Origin: an uncultured Dehalococcoidia bacterium | GTDB lineage: Bacteria; Chloroflexota; Dehalococcoidia; UBA2247; RBG-13-53-26 | NCBI GenBank assembly: GCA_964492335.1 | Contig: CAZBJX010000011.1 | Span: 878 to 64,877 of the forward strand | Direction: 5' to 3' | Length of the DNA: 64,000 nucleotides | Part shown: piece after piece, positions 38,900-47,242 of the stretch | How positions within the stretch are numbered: position 1 is the stretch's first letter | Layout: each line of letters begins with the position of its first letter | The notes under the pieces: generated by a model | Told to the model about the DNA's origin: nothing | The model's input: the letters and a program-made list of their open reading frames with translations, nothing else | Database searches by the model: none | Position numbers and translations under genes: made by a program

Positions 38900-39934
38900 A
38901 TGACCACAGTGGAAGTCAATGCCCCTGTCACCGTTGAGGAGTGGCGGGCCTTTGTGGACAGCCGGCCTGAGGCCACCTACGCCCACCTCCCCGGGTGGCA
39001 GGCGGTCCTGCGGGACAGCCTGGGGCACAGGCCTTACTACGTTTTCGCCCGCAATGAAGCCGGCCGGCTCTGCGGGGTGCTGCCGCTGTTCCAGGTCCGC
39101 AGCATCCTCTCCGGGAGCCACCTGGTGTCCACCCCATTTGTCAGCGAGTGCGGCCCCGTGGCCGAATCGGACGAGGCGCTCAGGGCCCTGGTGGACCGGG
39201 CCCGGGGCCTCTGCGACGAGCTCGGGTGCCGGTACATGGAGATCCGGGCATCGCGCCAGCTGCCCCTGGACCTGCCGGTGAGCGAGTACTTCTACACCTA
39301 CTTCGTCCCGCTGTCCGAGCCGCAGAAGGCATGGAAGGCCCTCGACCACCGGACGCGGAACGCGGTCAACAGGTCCCGCAAGAGGGGCGTGGCGGTCAGC
39401 ACGGACGACTCGCCGGGCGCCATGAAGGCCTTCTACGAGGTGAACCTGCGGACCAAGACCCGGCTGGGATCACCGGCCCACCCCCTGGAGTTCTTCCAGG
39501 CGATGCAGCGGGAGCTGGGCGACTGCTTCCGGCTCTACACCGCCGACTACCAGGGCCGCGCGATCTCGGCCGGCGTGGCCATACGCTACAACGGGGTGGT
39601 CAACGCCACCCACCAGGCCTCGGATCGCAGCTACCTGGAGCACCACCCCAACGAAGCCGTGTCCTGGCAGCAGATGGAGGACGGAGGCCGGGACGGCTTC
39701 CACTACCTCGATTTCGGCAAGACGCCGGCGGACAACCCGGGGCTGGCACAGTACAAGAAGAAGTGGAAGGCCGAGGAGAAGCAGCTCTATTACTACTACT
39801 ACCCGAGCGTACCGAAGCTGATGGGGTCGGACCGGCAGGGGACCAGGTTCAAGTTGGTCACCGGGGTGTGGAAGAGGCTGCCTCTCTCCATCGTCCGGCG
39901 GCTGGGCCCCTTCGCCTTCAGGCAGCTCGACTAG
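38900..39934 (+). CDS. FemAB-like / BioF2-like GNAT-fold acyltransferase (second copy)
   Basis: Same family pattern as 6564..7646 (two GNAT-like halves, HYLDFGKTPADNPGLAQYKKKW). ATG at 38900 preceded by GGAGG. Confidence 0.6.
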   Translation: MTTVEVNAPVTVEEWRAFVDSRPEATYAHLPGWQAVLRDSLGHRPYYVFARNEAGRLCGVLPLFQVRSILSGSHLVSTPFVSECGPVAESDEALRALVDRARGLCDELGCRYMEIRASRQLPLDLPVSEYFYTYFVPLSEPQKAWKALDHRTRNAVNRSRKRGVAVSTDDSPGAMKAFYEVNLRTKTRLGSPAHPLEFFQAMQRELGDCFRLYTADYQGRAISAGVAIRYNGVVNATHQASDRSYLEHHPNEAVSWQQMEDGGRDGFHYLDFGKTPADNPGLAQYKKKWKAEEKQLYYYYYPSVPKLMGSDRQGTRFKLVTGVWKRLPLSIVRRLGPFAFRQLD

Positions 39935-39967
39935 CGGGCGGGCCGCGGGGAAGCTGGAAGGACAACG

Positions 39968-41047
39968 ATGAAGATACTGGTAGACCTCAATCACCCGGTG
40001 GACATCAATTTCTTCAAGAACGCCATCAGACTGTGGACGGCGGAGCACGGCTGCCAGGTGGACATCTGCCTCCAGCCCCGGGGCAAGATGGTGGCCATCC
40101 TCCAGAGCGAGCTCCCGGAGTATGCCTTCACCACCATGGGCACCTTTCAGAAGACGATGGCCCGCAAGATCCTGATGCACGCCTGGCGGTTCCCCCAGTT
40201 CGCCAATCACGTGCGCCGGGGCCGGTACGACGTGGTGGCCTCCTTCGGCGGGATCGTGGTCTCCCACGCCACCTGGCTGCTGGGCAAGCCCTCCGTCATC
40301 TTCGATGACGACATCGAGTACGGCATCGGCTACTGGCCCTACAAGCCCTTCGCCACCCGGCTGCTGCTCCCGGCCCAGGTCCCGGCCACCGGCAGGAACA
40401 TCATGCGCTACAAGGGGTTCAAGGAACTGGCTTACCTGCACCCCAACTACTTCCGGCCCGACGAGGGGGCCCTTGCCGAGTACGGCCTGGAGCCATCCTC
40501 ATACGTCTTCGTCCGGGAGGTCAGCAAGGTCAGCGGGAACTACGCCCACCTGGAGACCGGCGGGCTGGCCGGGGTCTGCGCGCGGGTGAAGGAACAGGGG
40601 CTCATGGTGGTCCTCTCCCTGGAGGACAAGTCCCTGAAGGACCAGTTTGCCCCCCACTGCATCATCCTCCAGGAGCCGGTAAGGGACATCCACTCGCTGA
40701 TGCACTTCGCCCGGCTGACCATCTCCTCCGGGGACACCATGGCCCGGGAGTCATGCCTGGCAGGCACCCCGGTCATCTACACCGGGGGCCGGACCATGTC
40801 GGTCAACTCCGAGCTGGTCCGGAAGGGCATCTTCTTCCAGCCCGGCGCCGGTCAGCCCACCATGGGCCTGGTCAACATGATCGTGGAGCAGGGCCTCAAG
40901 GAGAAGACCGGCCGGATACTGCGGGAGGCCCTGTCGGGCGAGTGGGAGGACACCACCAGGGTGATCGTATCCAACGTGCTCGAGGCCGGGGCTGCCAGCG
41001 CCCGCGCAGGCCGGCCGGCAAGGGAGCGCAATGGCAAGACAGGATAG
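39968..41047 (+). CDS. DUF354 family protein (GT-B-like, glycosyltransferase/epimerase-related)
   Basis: N-terminus MKILVDLNHPVDINFFKNAI matches the DUF354/COG1817 consensus start (MKIWIDI.NP..V.FF). Confidence 0.65.
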   Translation: MKILVDLNHPVDINFFKNAIRLWTAEHGCQVDICLQPRGKMVAILQSELPEYAFTTMGTFQKTMARKILMHAWRFPQFANHVRRGRYDVVASFGGIVVSHATWLLGKPSVIFDDDIEYGIGYWPYKPFATRLLLPAQVPATGRNIMRYKGFKELAYLHPNYFRPDEGALAEYGLEPSSYVFVREVSKVSGNYAHLETGGLAGVCARVKEQGLMVVLSLEDKSLKDQFAPHCIILQEPVRDIHSLMHFARLTISSGDTMARESCLAGTPVIYTGGRTMSVNSELVRKGIFFQPGAGQPTMGLVNMIVEQGLKEKTGRILREALSGEWEDTTRVIVSNVLEAGAASARAGRPARERNGKTG

Positions 41048-41807
41048 GGCCACCCCGCCAGCCCCGGGAGAGCAGGGCCCGGCGATGGAGCCCATGCCGC
41101 AGGCCATCAGGCAGGAGGACCGGGAGTACTTCGACAGCCGGCAGGAGAAGGCCGACGCCATACTGGCGGACATCCAGTCCCTGGGGCATCCCGACATCGG
41201 TGGCCGTCGCATACCGGTCCTCGAGGTGGGCGCCAACAGCTGCTTCATCGCCCAGCGCCTGGCCAGCGTCACCCGGTGGGACATCCATTGCCTGGAGATC
41301 GAGGCGGAGCGGCTGTTCAAGTACCCCGAGATCTGCCGCTCGTTCAAGTCCGTCCTGGCCGACGCCACCGCCATCCCCTTCAAGGACGCGTCCTTCGATC
41401 TGGTGTTCTGCAATCACACGCTGGAGCACATCGTGCCCTACCGGGCCTGCATCAGCGAGATGCTGCGGGTCACCAGGGCCGGCGGACTCCTCTACCTGGC
41501 CTTCCCCAACCGCGACCGCCTGGTGGACGAGATCGGACTGGGCTGGTCCAAGACGAAGTCGAACCTGGCCTGGTACTTCGACCGGGCCTTCCGGGCCTTC
41601 ACCATCGAGAGCCGGGTGGACCACCACATCGGCCTGGGATGCGGGGAGACCAGGGTGGCCTGCCGGGGGCACAGGGTGACCTGCCTGAGCAAGGGCCACG
41701 CCACCCGCTCCCTGGGGAAGACCGCCCGGCGCATCGCCGGGCGGGTCCCGGCCGGCATCTTCGACCGGTTCTCCCCGGTGGGCGTGTACCTGGTGGAGAA
41801 ACGGTAG
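41031..41807 (+). CDS. class I SAM-dependent methyltransferase
   Basis: Motif I-like VLEVGANSCFIAQRL, acidic loop DIHCLE, motif FDLVFCNHTLEH. Start overlaps the DUF354 tail; an alternative ATG at 41082. Confidence 0.7.
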   Translation: MARQDRATPPAPGEQGPAMEPMPQAIRQEDREYFDSRQEKADAILADIQSLGHPDIGGRRIPVLEVGANSCFIAQRLASVTRWDIHCLEIEAERLFKYPEICRSFKSVLADATAIPFKDASFDLVFCNHTLEHIVPYRACISEMLRVTRAGGLLYLAFPNRDRLVDEIGLGWSKTKSNLAWYFDRAFRAFTIESRVDHHIGLGCGETRVACRGHRVTCLSKGHATRSLGKTARRIAGRVPAGIFDRFSPVGVYLVEKR

Positions 41808-41809
41808 CC

Positions 41810-42967
41810 GTGGTCATCGCCATCGTCGAGGCCATGGACCCCGATTCCCCGGCCATCGGGGGCGGAGAGACCTACTCGCGAAACCTGCTGCAGTACCTCC
41901 TGAAGACCGGGGTGCCCACGTTCTTCATCGGCGTGTCTGCCGCCAGGGGCCGGACCACCGAGGGCCATTTCACCTTCCTGCCGGTCTCCAGCAGGACAAC
42001 CCTGGGCAACCAGGGGTTCGTGCTGCGGCTGGCCCTGCGCCGGGCCTGCGCTTCGCTGCCCCGCGGCGCCATCGTCCACGTCCAGCGCCCGGAATACGCG
42101 CTGCCCTTCGTCCTGTTCTGCCATGGGCGCCCCAGAGTGGTTACACTTCATGGGATGATATTGCACGGGGTGAGGCTCAAACAGTCCCCCATGGTGGCCC
42201 GGGCTTACAGGATGGTGGAGTCGATATGCCTGCGGCGCAGCGCTGCTGTAATCGCCGTGGATGAAGGCACCAGGGAGTTCTACGAGAAGGAGTACCCCTG
42301 GCTGCGAGGAAGGCTCCGCGTGGTGCCCATCGGGATAGACCTGGGCCGGTTCCGTATCATGGACCGCGCCGCCATGAGGGCGGCGCACGGTTTCGGTGCC
42401 GCGGACAAGGTGGTCATGTTTGTCGGCCGCCTGGAGATCGAGAAGGACTTGGGCTTTCTGATCGAGAGCTTCCGCCTGGTCCTCCCCCGCGTGCCGGAGG
42501 CGCGCCTGGCGCTGGTGGGCGACGGGCGCCACCGCGCGGCGCTGGAGGAGATGGCCCGGGACCTGGTGCCCGACAGGGTCCTCTTCACGGGGTCCAGGCC
42601 GCCGGATTCCATCCCGGAGTTGCTTAACTGCGCCGATGTGCTAACATTGTGCTCGATGTACGAAGGCAGCCCGACCACGGTCAAGGAGGCCCTGGCCTGC
42701 GGTGTCCCGGTGGTGACCGCACCCGTGGGAGACGTGGCCCGGGTCATCAAGGAGAGCGCCACCGGCCGGATCGTCCCCAAGGATCCGGCCCGGTATGCCG
42801 CGGCCATCATCGAGGTGCTGACTGCCCCTGATCCGGAGGGCGCGCGGAGGGCCTGCGTCCGGGCCGCCGCGGAGTTCGGGTTCGACCGGGTCGGCGAGCG
42901 CACCGCAGAGGTCTACGAGGAAGTGGCCGCCCATGGGCAGATGAAGCGCGCGCGTGCGCAGAGGTAA
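41810..42967 (+). CDS. glycosyltransferase family 4
   Basis: GTG at 41810 after GGAGAAA, 2 nt past the methyltransferase stop. GT4 C-terminal motif (CSMYEGSPTTVKEALACGVPVVTAPVGD). Confidence 0.8.
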   Translation: MVIAIVEAMDPDSPAIGGGETYSRNLLQYLLKTGVPTFFIGVSAARGRTTEGHFTFLPVSSRTTLGNQGFVLRLALRRACASLPRGAIVHVQRPEYALPFVLFCHGRPRVVTLHGMILHGVRLKQSPMVARAYRMVESICLRRSAAVIAVDEGTREFYEKEYPWLRGRLRVVPIGIDLGRFRIMDRAAMRAAHGFGAADKVVMFVGRLEIEKDLGFLIESFRLVLPRVPEARLALVGDGRHRAALEEMARDLVPDRVLFTGSRPPDSIPELLNCADVLTLCSMYEGSPTTVKEALACGVPVVTAPVGDVARVIKESATGRIVPKDPARYAAAIIEVLTAPDPEGARRACVRAAAEFGFDRVGERTAEVYEEVAAHGQMKRARAQR

Positions 42968-42971
42968 CAGC

Positions 42972-44933
42972 GAGATGAGAAGCCCCTGGGAGGACCACCG
43001 GAAGCTGCCGGGAACCAGCCAGTCCGATATCTGGCTCAAGCTGGGGGCCCTGCTCTGCGTCGCCTTCGTGATAATCGCCCTCCTCCAGATGCACCGGGCC
43101 CCGGCCATCGGCTACGAGCTTTCCATCTACACCGCCACTCCCACCAGCGTCTGGTTCCTGCTGCTGCTGGCCCTGCTGGGCGGGCTGGGCATCGTCATCC
43201 ACGAGCTGGCCACCGGAAGGCACCAGGAGACGCGGACCTGCCTGGTGGGCTTCGCGGTGGTCCTGCTGGCCGTCACGGCCTTCCTCTGCCTGCCGGTCAT
43301 CCGGGACTACTTCAGCTGGAGAGGCGACCAGCTGGCCCACATCGGCTTCGTCAAGGACATTGCCTCGGAGAACAGGCTGCCCGGCTACAACCCCTACCCG
43401 GTGACCCACACCCTCCTCTACGAGCTCTCCGCCATTTTCAACTGCTCGATAGACAAGGCCGTCAACCTCAACACGCCCCTGATCTTCGTCGTGTTCGTGC
43501 TGGGGACCTACCTGCTGACCACCGTGGTGCTGCCCGGCAGAGGGCACCAGATCACCGCCACCCTCTTCGCCGCCGCGACCGTAGCCGCGCTCAGCCGCTA
43601 CAACCTGGTGCCGAACACCTGGTCCATACTCCTGCTGCCGGTCTTCTTCTACTGCTACTTCAGGCGCGATGAGCCGCCTTTCAAGATCCTGCTGGTGGTG
43701 CTGATCCTCATCTACCCCTTCCTCCACCCCCTGTCGGCGCTGATGATCATCGCCTCCATGGCCGCCATCGAGTTTCTGAAGCCGGCCTATTCCCGGCTGC
43801 TGCGGCGCATCGGAATGGAGCCGCCCCACTGGGTCTCTGTCGGGCCGGTCGTCTGGCCGCTGGCCATGCAGCTGCTGGTGTTCCTGCCGTGGGTTTTCAC
43901 CCGCAGCGCCTTCCGCAGCAACGTGGACGCCCTGTGGTGGCAGCTCATCAACTTCAGCGGGTCGAGCCAGGGGTCGCACGCCATGGCCAGCCTGTCCAAG
44001 GTGGACCTGGACGCCCTGGGGGTCTTCTTGATTATCGTGAAGCTCTACGGCCAGATCTTCCTGGCGGGCGTCTTCGCCTGCATCGGGATCATCCTGCTCT
44101 GGCGGCACCTGCGCAGAGGCGGCCGTGGCGACAGCGCCGGCGGGAGCGTCTGGGACCTGGAGCCCGCCGGCGACCTGGAGACCGGCGAGCCGGCCGGCGG
44201 CGACGACAACCGCATCCGCCTGGGCTACGTGGCCTTGCTGTTCCTGCTGTCCACCCTGGCCTACTTCGCGTTCTACGCCGGGGCCCCGGGGGCGGAGTCG
44301 CTCTCCGCCACCAGGATCGTGGTCTATGTGGAGGTGGCCGCCATCCCGCTGGTGGGCTTCGCCCTGTGGGAGATCGCCAGCCGGGCCAGCGCCCGCTGGC
44401 TCGCCTGGGGCTTCGTTTCGGCCGTCATCATCGCGGCCGCCATCCTTAACGTGCTGGGGCACTACACTGCTCCATACCAGTTGCGCCCCAATGACCAGGT
44501 GACCCACTCGGACATCGACTGCATGGAGTGGCTCCTGCACGAGAAGGACCCGGCCACCTTCACCTTCTTCATCATGTCGTCTCCGGACCGCTTCTCACAG
44601 GCCATACTGGGAGCCACAGTGACCTCCACCAGGACGGACGTCAAGGATGTTCAGTGGCTCCAGTTTGCCGACCACTTCGGCTACGTGCCGTCCAAGACAC
44701 CCGGCAGCACGGAGAGCTACAACACCGTGGGAGAGCAGTTCCGGATGGACATATACGGCAACATCCACATGTACGATAAGGCGGCCTACCAGACAGTCTG
44801 GAAGAGCCTGGACCGGGTCAACGACGCCGACTTCCAGAGGCTCGAGCAGGACCCGACGGTCAACCGCATATACTCGGACGGGGCCTCCGACGCCTACCAC
44901 ATAACCGGCCACAGACAGGACACGGGCGCCTAG
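42972..44933 (+). CDS. large polytopic membrane protein (second copy) with C-terminal soluble domain; candidate GT-C-type glycosyltransferase or polymerase
   Basis: At least 12 TM helices over 450 aa, then a soluble C-terminal about 190 aa. ATG at 42972 with AGAGG RBS; an alternative GTG at 42954. Same architecture and operon position as 12798..14513. Confidence 0.55.
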   Translation, partial: EMRSPWEDHRKLPGTSQSDIWLKLGALLCVAFVIIALLQMHRAPAIGYELSIYTATPTSVWFLLLLALLGGLGIVIHELATGRHQETRTCLVGFAVVLLAVTAFLCLPVIRDYFSWRGDQLAHIGFVKDIASENRLPGYNPYPVTHTLLYELSAIFNCSIDKAVNLNTPLIFVVFVLGTYLLTTVVLPGRGHQITATLFAAATVAALSRYNLVPNTWSILLLPVFFYCYFRRDEPPFKILLVVLILIYPFLHPLSALMIIASMAAIEFLKPAYSRLLRRIGMEPPHWVSVGPVVWPLAMQLLVFLPWVFTRSAFRSNVDALWWQLINFSGSSQGSHAMASLSKVDLDALGVFLIIVKLYGQIFLAGVFACIGIILLWRHLRRGGRGDSAGGSVWDLEPAGDLETGEPAGGDDNRIRLGYVALLFLLSTLAYFAFYAGAPGAESLSATRIVVYVEVAAIPLVGFALWEIASRASARWLAWGFVSAVIIAAAILNVLGHYTAPYQLRPNDQVTHSDIDCMEWLLHEKDPATFTFFIMSSPDRFSQAILGATVTSTRTDVKDVQWLQFADHFGYVPSKTPGSTESYNTVGEQFRMDIYGNIHMYDKAAYQTVWKSLDRVNDADFQRLEQDPTVNRIYSDGASDAYHITGHRQDTGA

Positions 44934-45002
44934 GCATCTCCTGGCCCACGCGCGCGGCCTGGCCCGCGCGCGGGCCAGGCCGACAGTGGAGCAGCATATA
45001 GA

Positions 45003-46097
45003 ATGACCACCGGGCAGTCCGCGAAGCCAGACCGGCCGGGACAGCCCCACGTCCCCCTGGGGGCCGGGCAGCGCTGGGGGCTGCGCCTGGCCGGAGCGGC
45101 CGGCGCCCTGGGGGCCATCGACGCGTACGGGGCGCTCAGAAGGCGCCTGGTCCGGTGGTCCGCCTGCATCCTGTCGTATCACCGGGTGGGCCCCGGGACC
45201 GAGCTGCCCACCGACATTCCGCTGACAACGCCCGCGGACTTCGAGCAGCAGGTGCTCTACCTGCGCCGGCGCTACCAGGTGATGCCCCTGGCCCGGCTGG
45301 GCCGCGCCATCAGCGAGGGCCGGCCGCTGCCCCGCAACACGGCGGTCATCACCTTCGACGACGGCTACCGCGACAACTACCTGCACGCCTACCCCATCCT
45401 GCGAAAGCACGGCGTTCCGGCCACCATCTTCCTGGCCACCGCGCACATCGACCAGGGGCACCCCTTCTGGTGGGACCGGGTGAGCTGCGCCGTTCTCCTG
45501 ACAACCGAGCAGAGGCTCGAGAGCGACCGCCTGGGGTCCTACGACCTCAGCTCCACGGAGCGCAGATGGGAAGCCGTCAGCGCCATGGACGTGCGCCTGA
45601 AGCAGATGCCCGACCACGAGAAGAACCAGGCCATCGAGGAGATGGTGCGCAGGCTGGCAGCGGACGTGCCGGCCGCCATGGCCCGGGACATGATACTCAC
45701 CTGGGACGACGTCGCCGAGATGGCGGGCAACGGCATCACCTTCGGCTCTCACACCGTCCACCATCCCACGCTGATAGGGCTGCCCCTGGACCAGGCCCGG
45801 AGTGAGATCGCTGACTCCCGGAAACGGATTGAGGAGAAGACGGGCCAGCCCTGCGACACCTTCGCCTACCCCGACGGGCGCGAAGGCAACATCAGCCCGG
45901 GCATCAGGGCCATCCTGGCCGAGAACGGCTACGTGTGCGCCGTGTACGCCCTGCCTAACCGGCTGGTGGCGCCCGGGGCGGACCCCTACGGCCTGCCCAG
46001 GGTGTCCCCCAAGTGGGACTACACCACCTTCCGGCTGAGCGTCTCGGGGCTCTACCCGGACCTGTCCCGGGTGATGGACCGGGGGAGGAAGGCATGA
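45003..46097 (+). CDS. polysaccharide deacetylase (CE4, NodB homology domain)
   Basis: Motif 1 ITFDDGYRDNY, His motifs (FGSHTVHHP). ATG at 45003 directly after a TATAGAAT -10-like element, which suggests a leaderless mRNA. Confidence 0.8.
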   Translation: MTTGQSAKPDRPGQPHVPLGAGQRWGLRLAGAAGALGAIDAYGALRRRLVRWSACILSYHRVGPGTELPTDIPLTTPADFEQQVLYLRRRYQVMPLARLGRAISEGRPLPRNTAVITFDDGYRDNYLHAYPILRKHGVPATIFLATAHIDQGHPFWWDRVSCAVLLTTEQRLESDRLGSYDLSSTERRWEAVSAMDVRLKQMPDHEKNQAIEEMVRRLAADVPAAMARDMILTWDDVAEMAGNGITFGSHTVHHPTLIGLPLDQARSEIADSRKRIEEKTGQPCDTFAYPDGREGNISPGIRAILAENGYVCAVYALPNRLVAPGADPYGLPRVSPKWDYTTFRLSVSGLYPDLSRVMDRGRKA

Positions 46098-47185
46098 GCG
46101 CCGCCGGGCCCCGCTGGACCGCCAGGCCCTACCGCGAAGGGGACGAGGAGAGGATTCTCGATCTCTGGAAGGCGGTCTACCCGGACCGCGGGTACGTCCG
46201 CGAAGAGTGGCTGGCCTGGTGGCGGTGGCTCTACCGGGACAACCCCGCCGGCGCGGGGGTCATCGCCCTGGCTGAAGACGAGGGCAAGATCATCGCCCAC
46301 ACCGCCGAGATACCGATGCTGATGAAGATCGGCGACGCCGAGGTCCTGGCCGCCATCGGCCTGGACGCCATGACCCACCCGGACTACCGCCGGCAGGGGA
46401 CCTACGCGGCCACGGTGGACCTGCGGCGCCTGGAGAGCCAGAGACGCGGCATCCAGGCGGAGTACGCCTTCCGCAGCAAGTACTCCTACGCCTACCCGGG
46501 GCTCTCTGACAAGGTGGGCATGTTCGACGCCGTCACCCTGCCGAAGGTATTCCGGCCGCTGGACTGGCGGGCCACGCTCGGGACCCAGACCGGCAGCAGG
46601 CTGGTCCTGGCCCTCGGTCCGGCCGCGGGCAGACTGCTCACCGCGGCCGCCCTGCGCCCGGCGAAGGCCCCCCTGCCGGAGAAGACGCGCCTGGCCCTGA
46701 CGGACCGCTTTGACGAGCGCTTCGACCAGCTGTGGGCCAGGGTATCCGGACGGTACCGGACCACCGTGTCACGCAAGAAGGAGTACCTCAACTGGCGGTA
46801 CGTCGCCGTGCCCGACCGGCGCTACACCATACTGACGGTCGGGAATGCGGATGCCATCTGCGGCTACGCCGTCTTCAGCTGCGCCGACACCGAGGGGACC
46901 ATGACCGGGCTCATCGCCGAGGTGGTCGCCGAGTCCCGGCCGGTGGAGGAGTGCCTGATCAAGGCGGCGGTGCAGCGCTGCCGCACGGGGAAGGCGGCCC
47001 TGGTGTGGGGCGCCAGGCTGGCGGGCACATCGCTGGCGGCGGCCTACAGGCGGCAGGGCTTCATCGCCGCGCCCCGGTCCAAGACCAAGCTGGTCACCGC
47101 CTGCGCCTTCTCGCCCGATCTGGTAGCGCAGTTGCGGCGGCCGGATGCCTGGTTCCTGCAAATGGGCGACTCCGACGAGGCGTGA
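46094..47185 (+). CDS. two-domain GNAT-family acyltransferase
   Basis: ATG at 46094 overlaps the upstream TGA (ATGA). Two GNAT-like halves (motif RRQGTYAAT). Confidence 0.6.
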   Translation: MSAAGPRWTARPYREGDEERILDLWKAVYPDRGYVREEWLAWWRWLYRDNPAGAGVIALAEDEGKIIAHTAEIPMLMKIGDAEVLAAIGLDAMTHPDYRRQGTYAATVDLRRLESQRRGIQAEYAFRSKYSYAYPGLSDKVGMFDAVTLPKVFRPLDWRATLGTQTGSRLVLALGPAAGRLLTAAALRPAKAPLPEKTRLALTDRFDERFDQLWARVSGRYRTTVSRKKEYLNWRYVAVPDRRYTILTVGNADAICGYAVFSCADTEGTMTGLIAEVVAESRPVEECLIKAAVQRCRTGKAALVWGARLAGTSLAAAYRRQGFIAAPRSKTKLVTACAFSPDLVAQLRRPDAWFLQMGDSDEA

Positions 47186-47242
47186 CGCGCCGGCCCCGGC
47201 GACGGGCATGCCATCCCCGCCGGGCACCGGCTGCCGGCCGGC

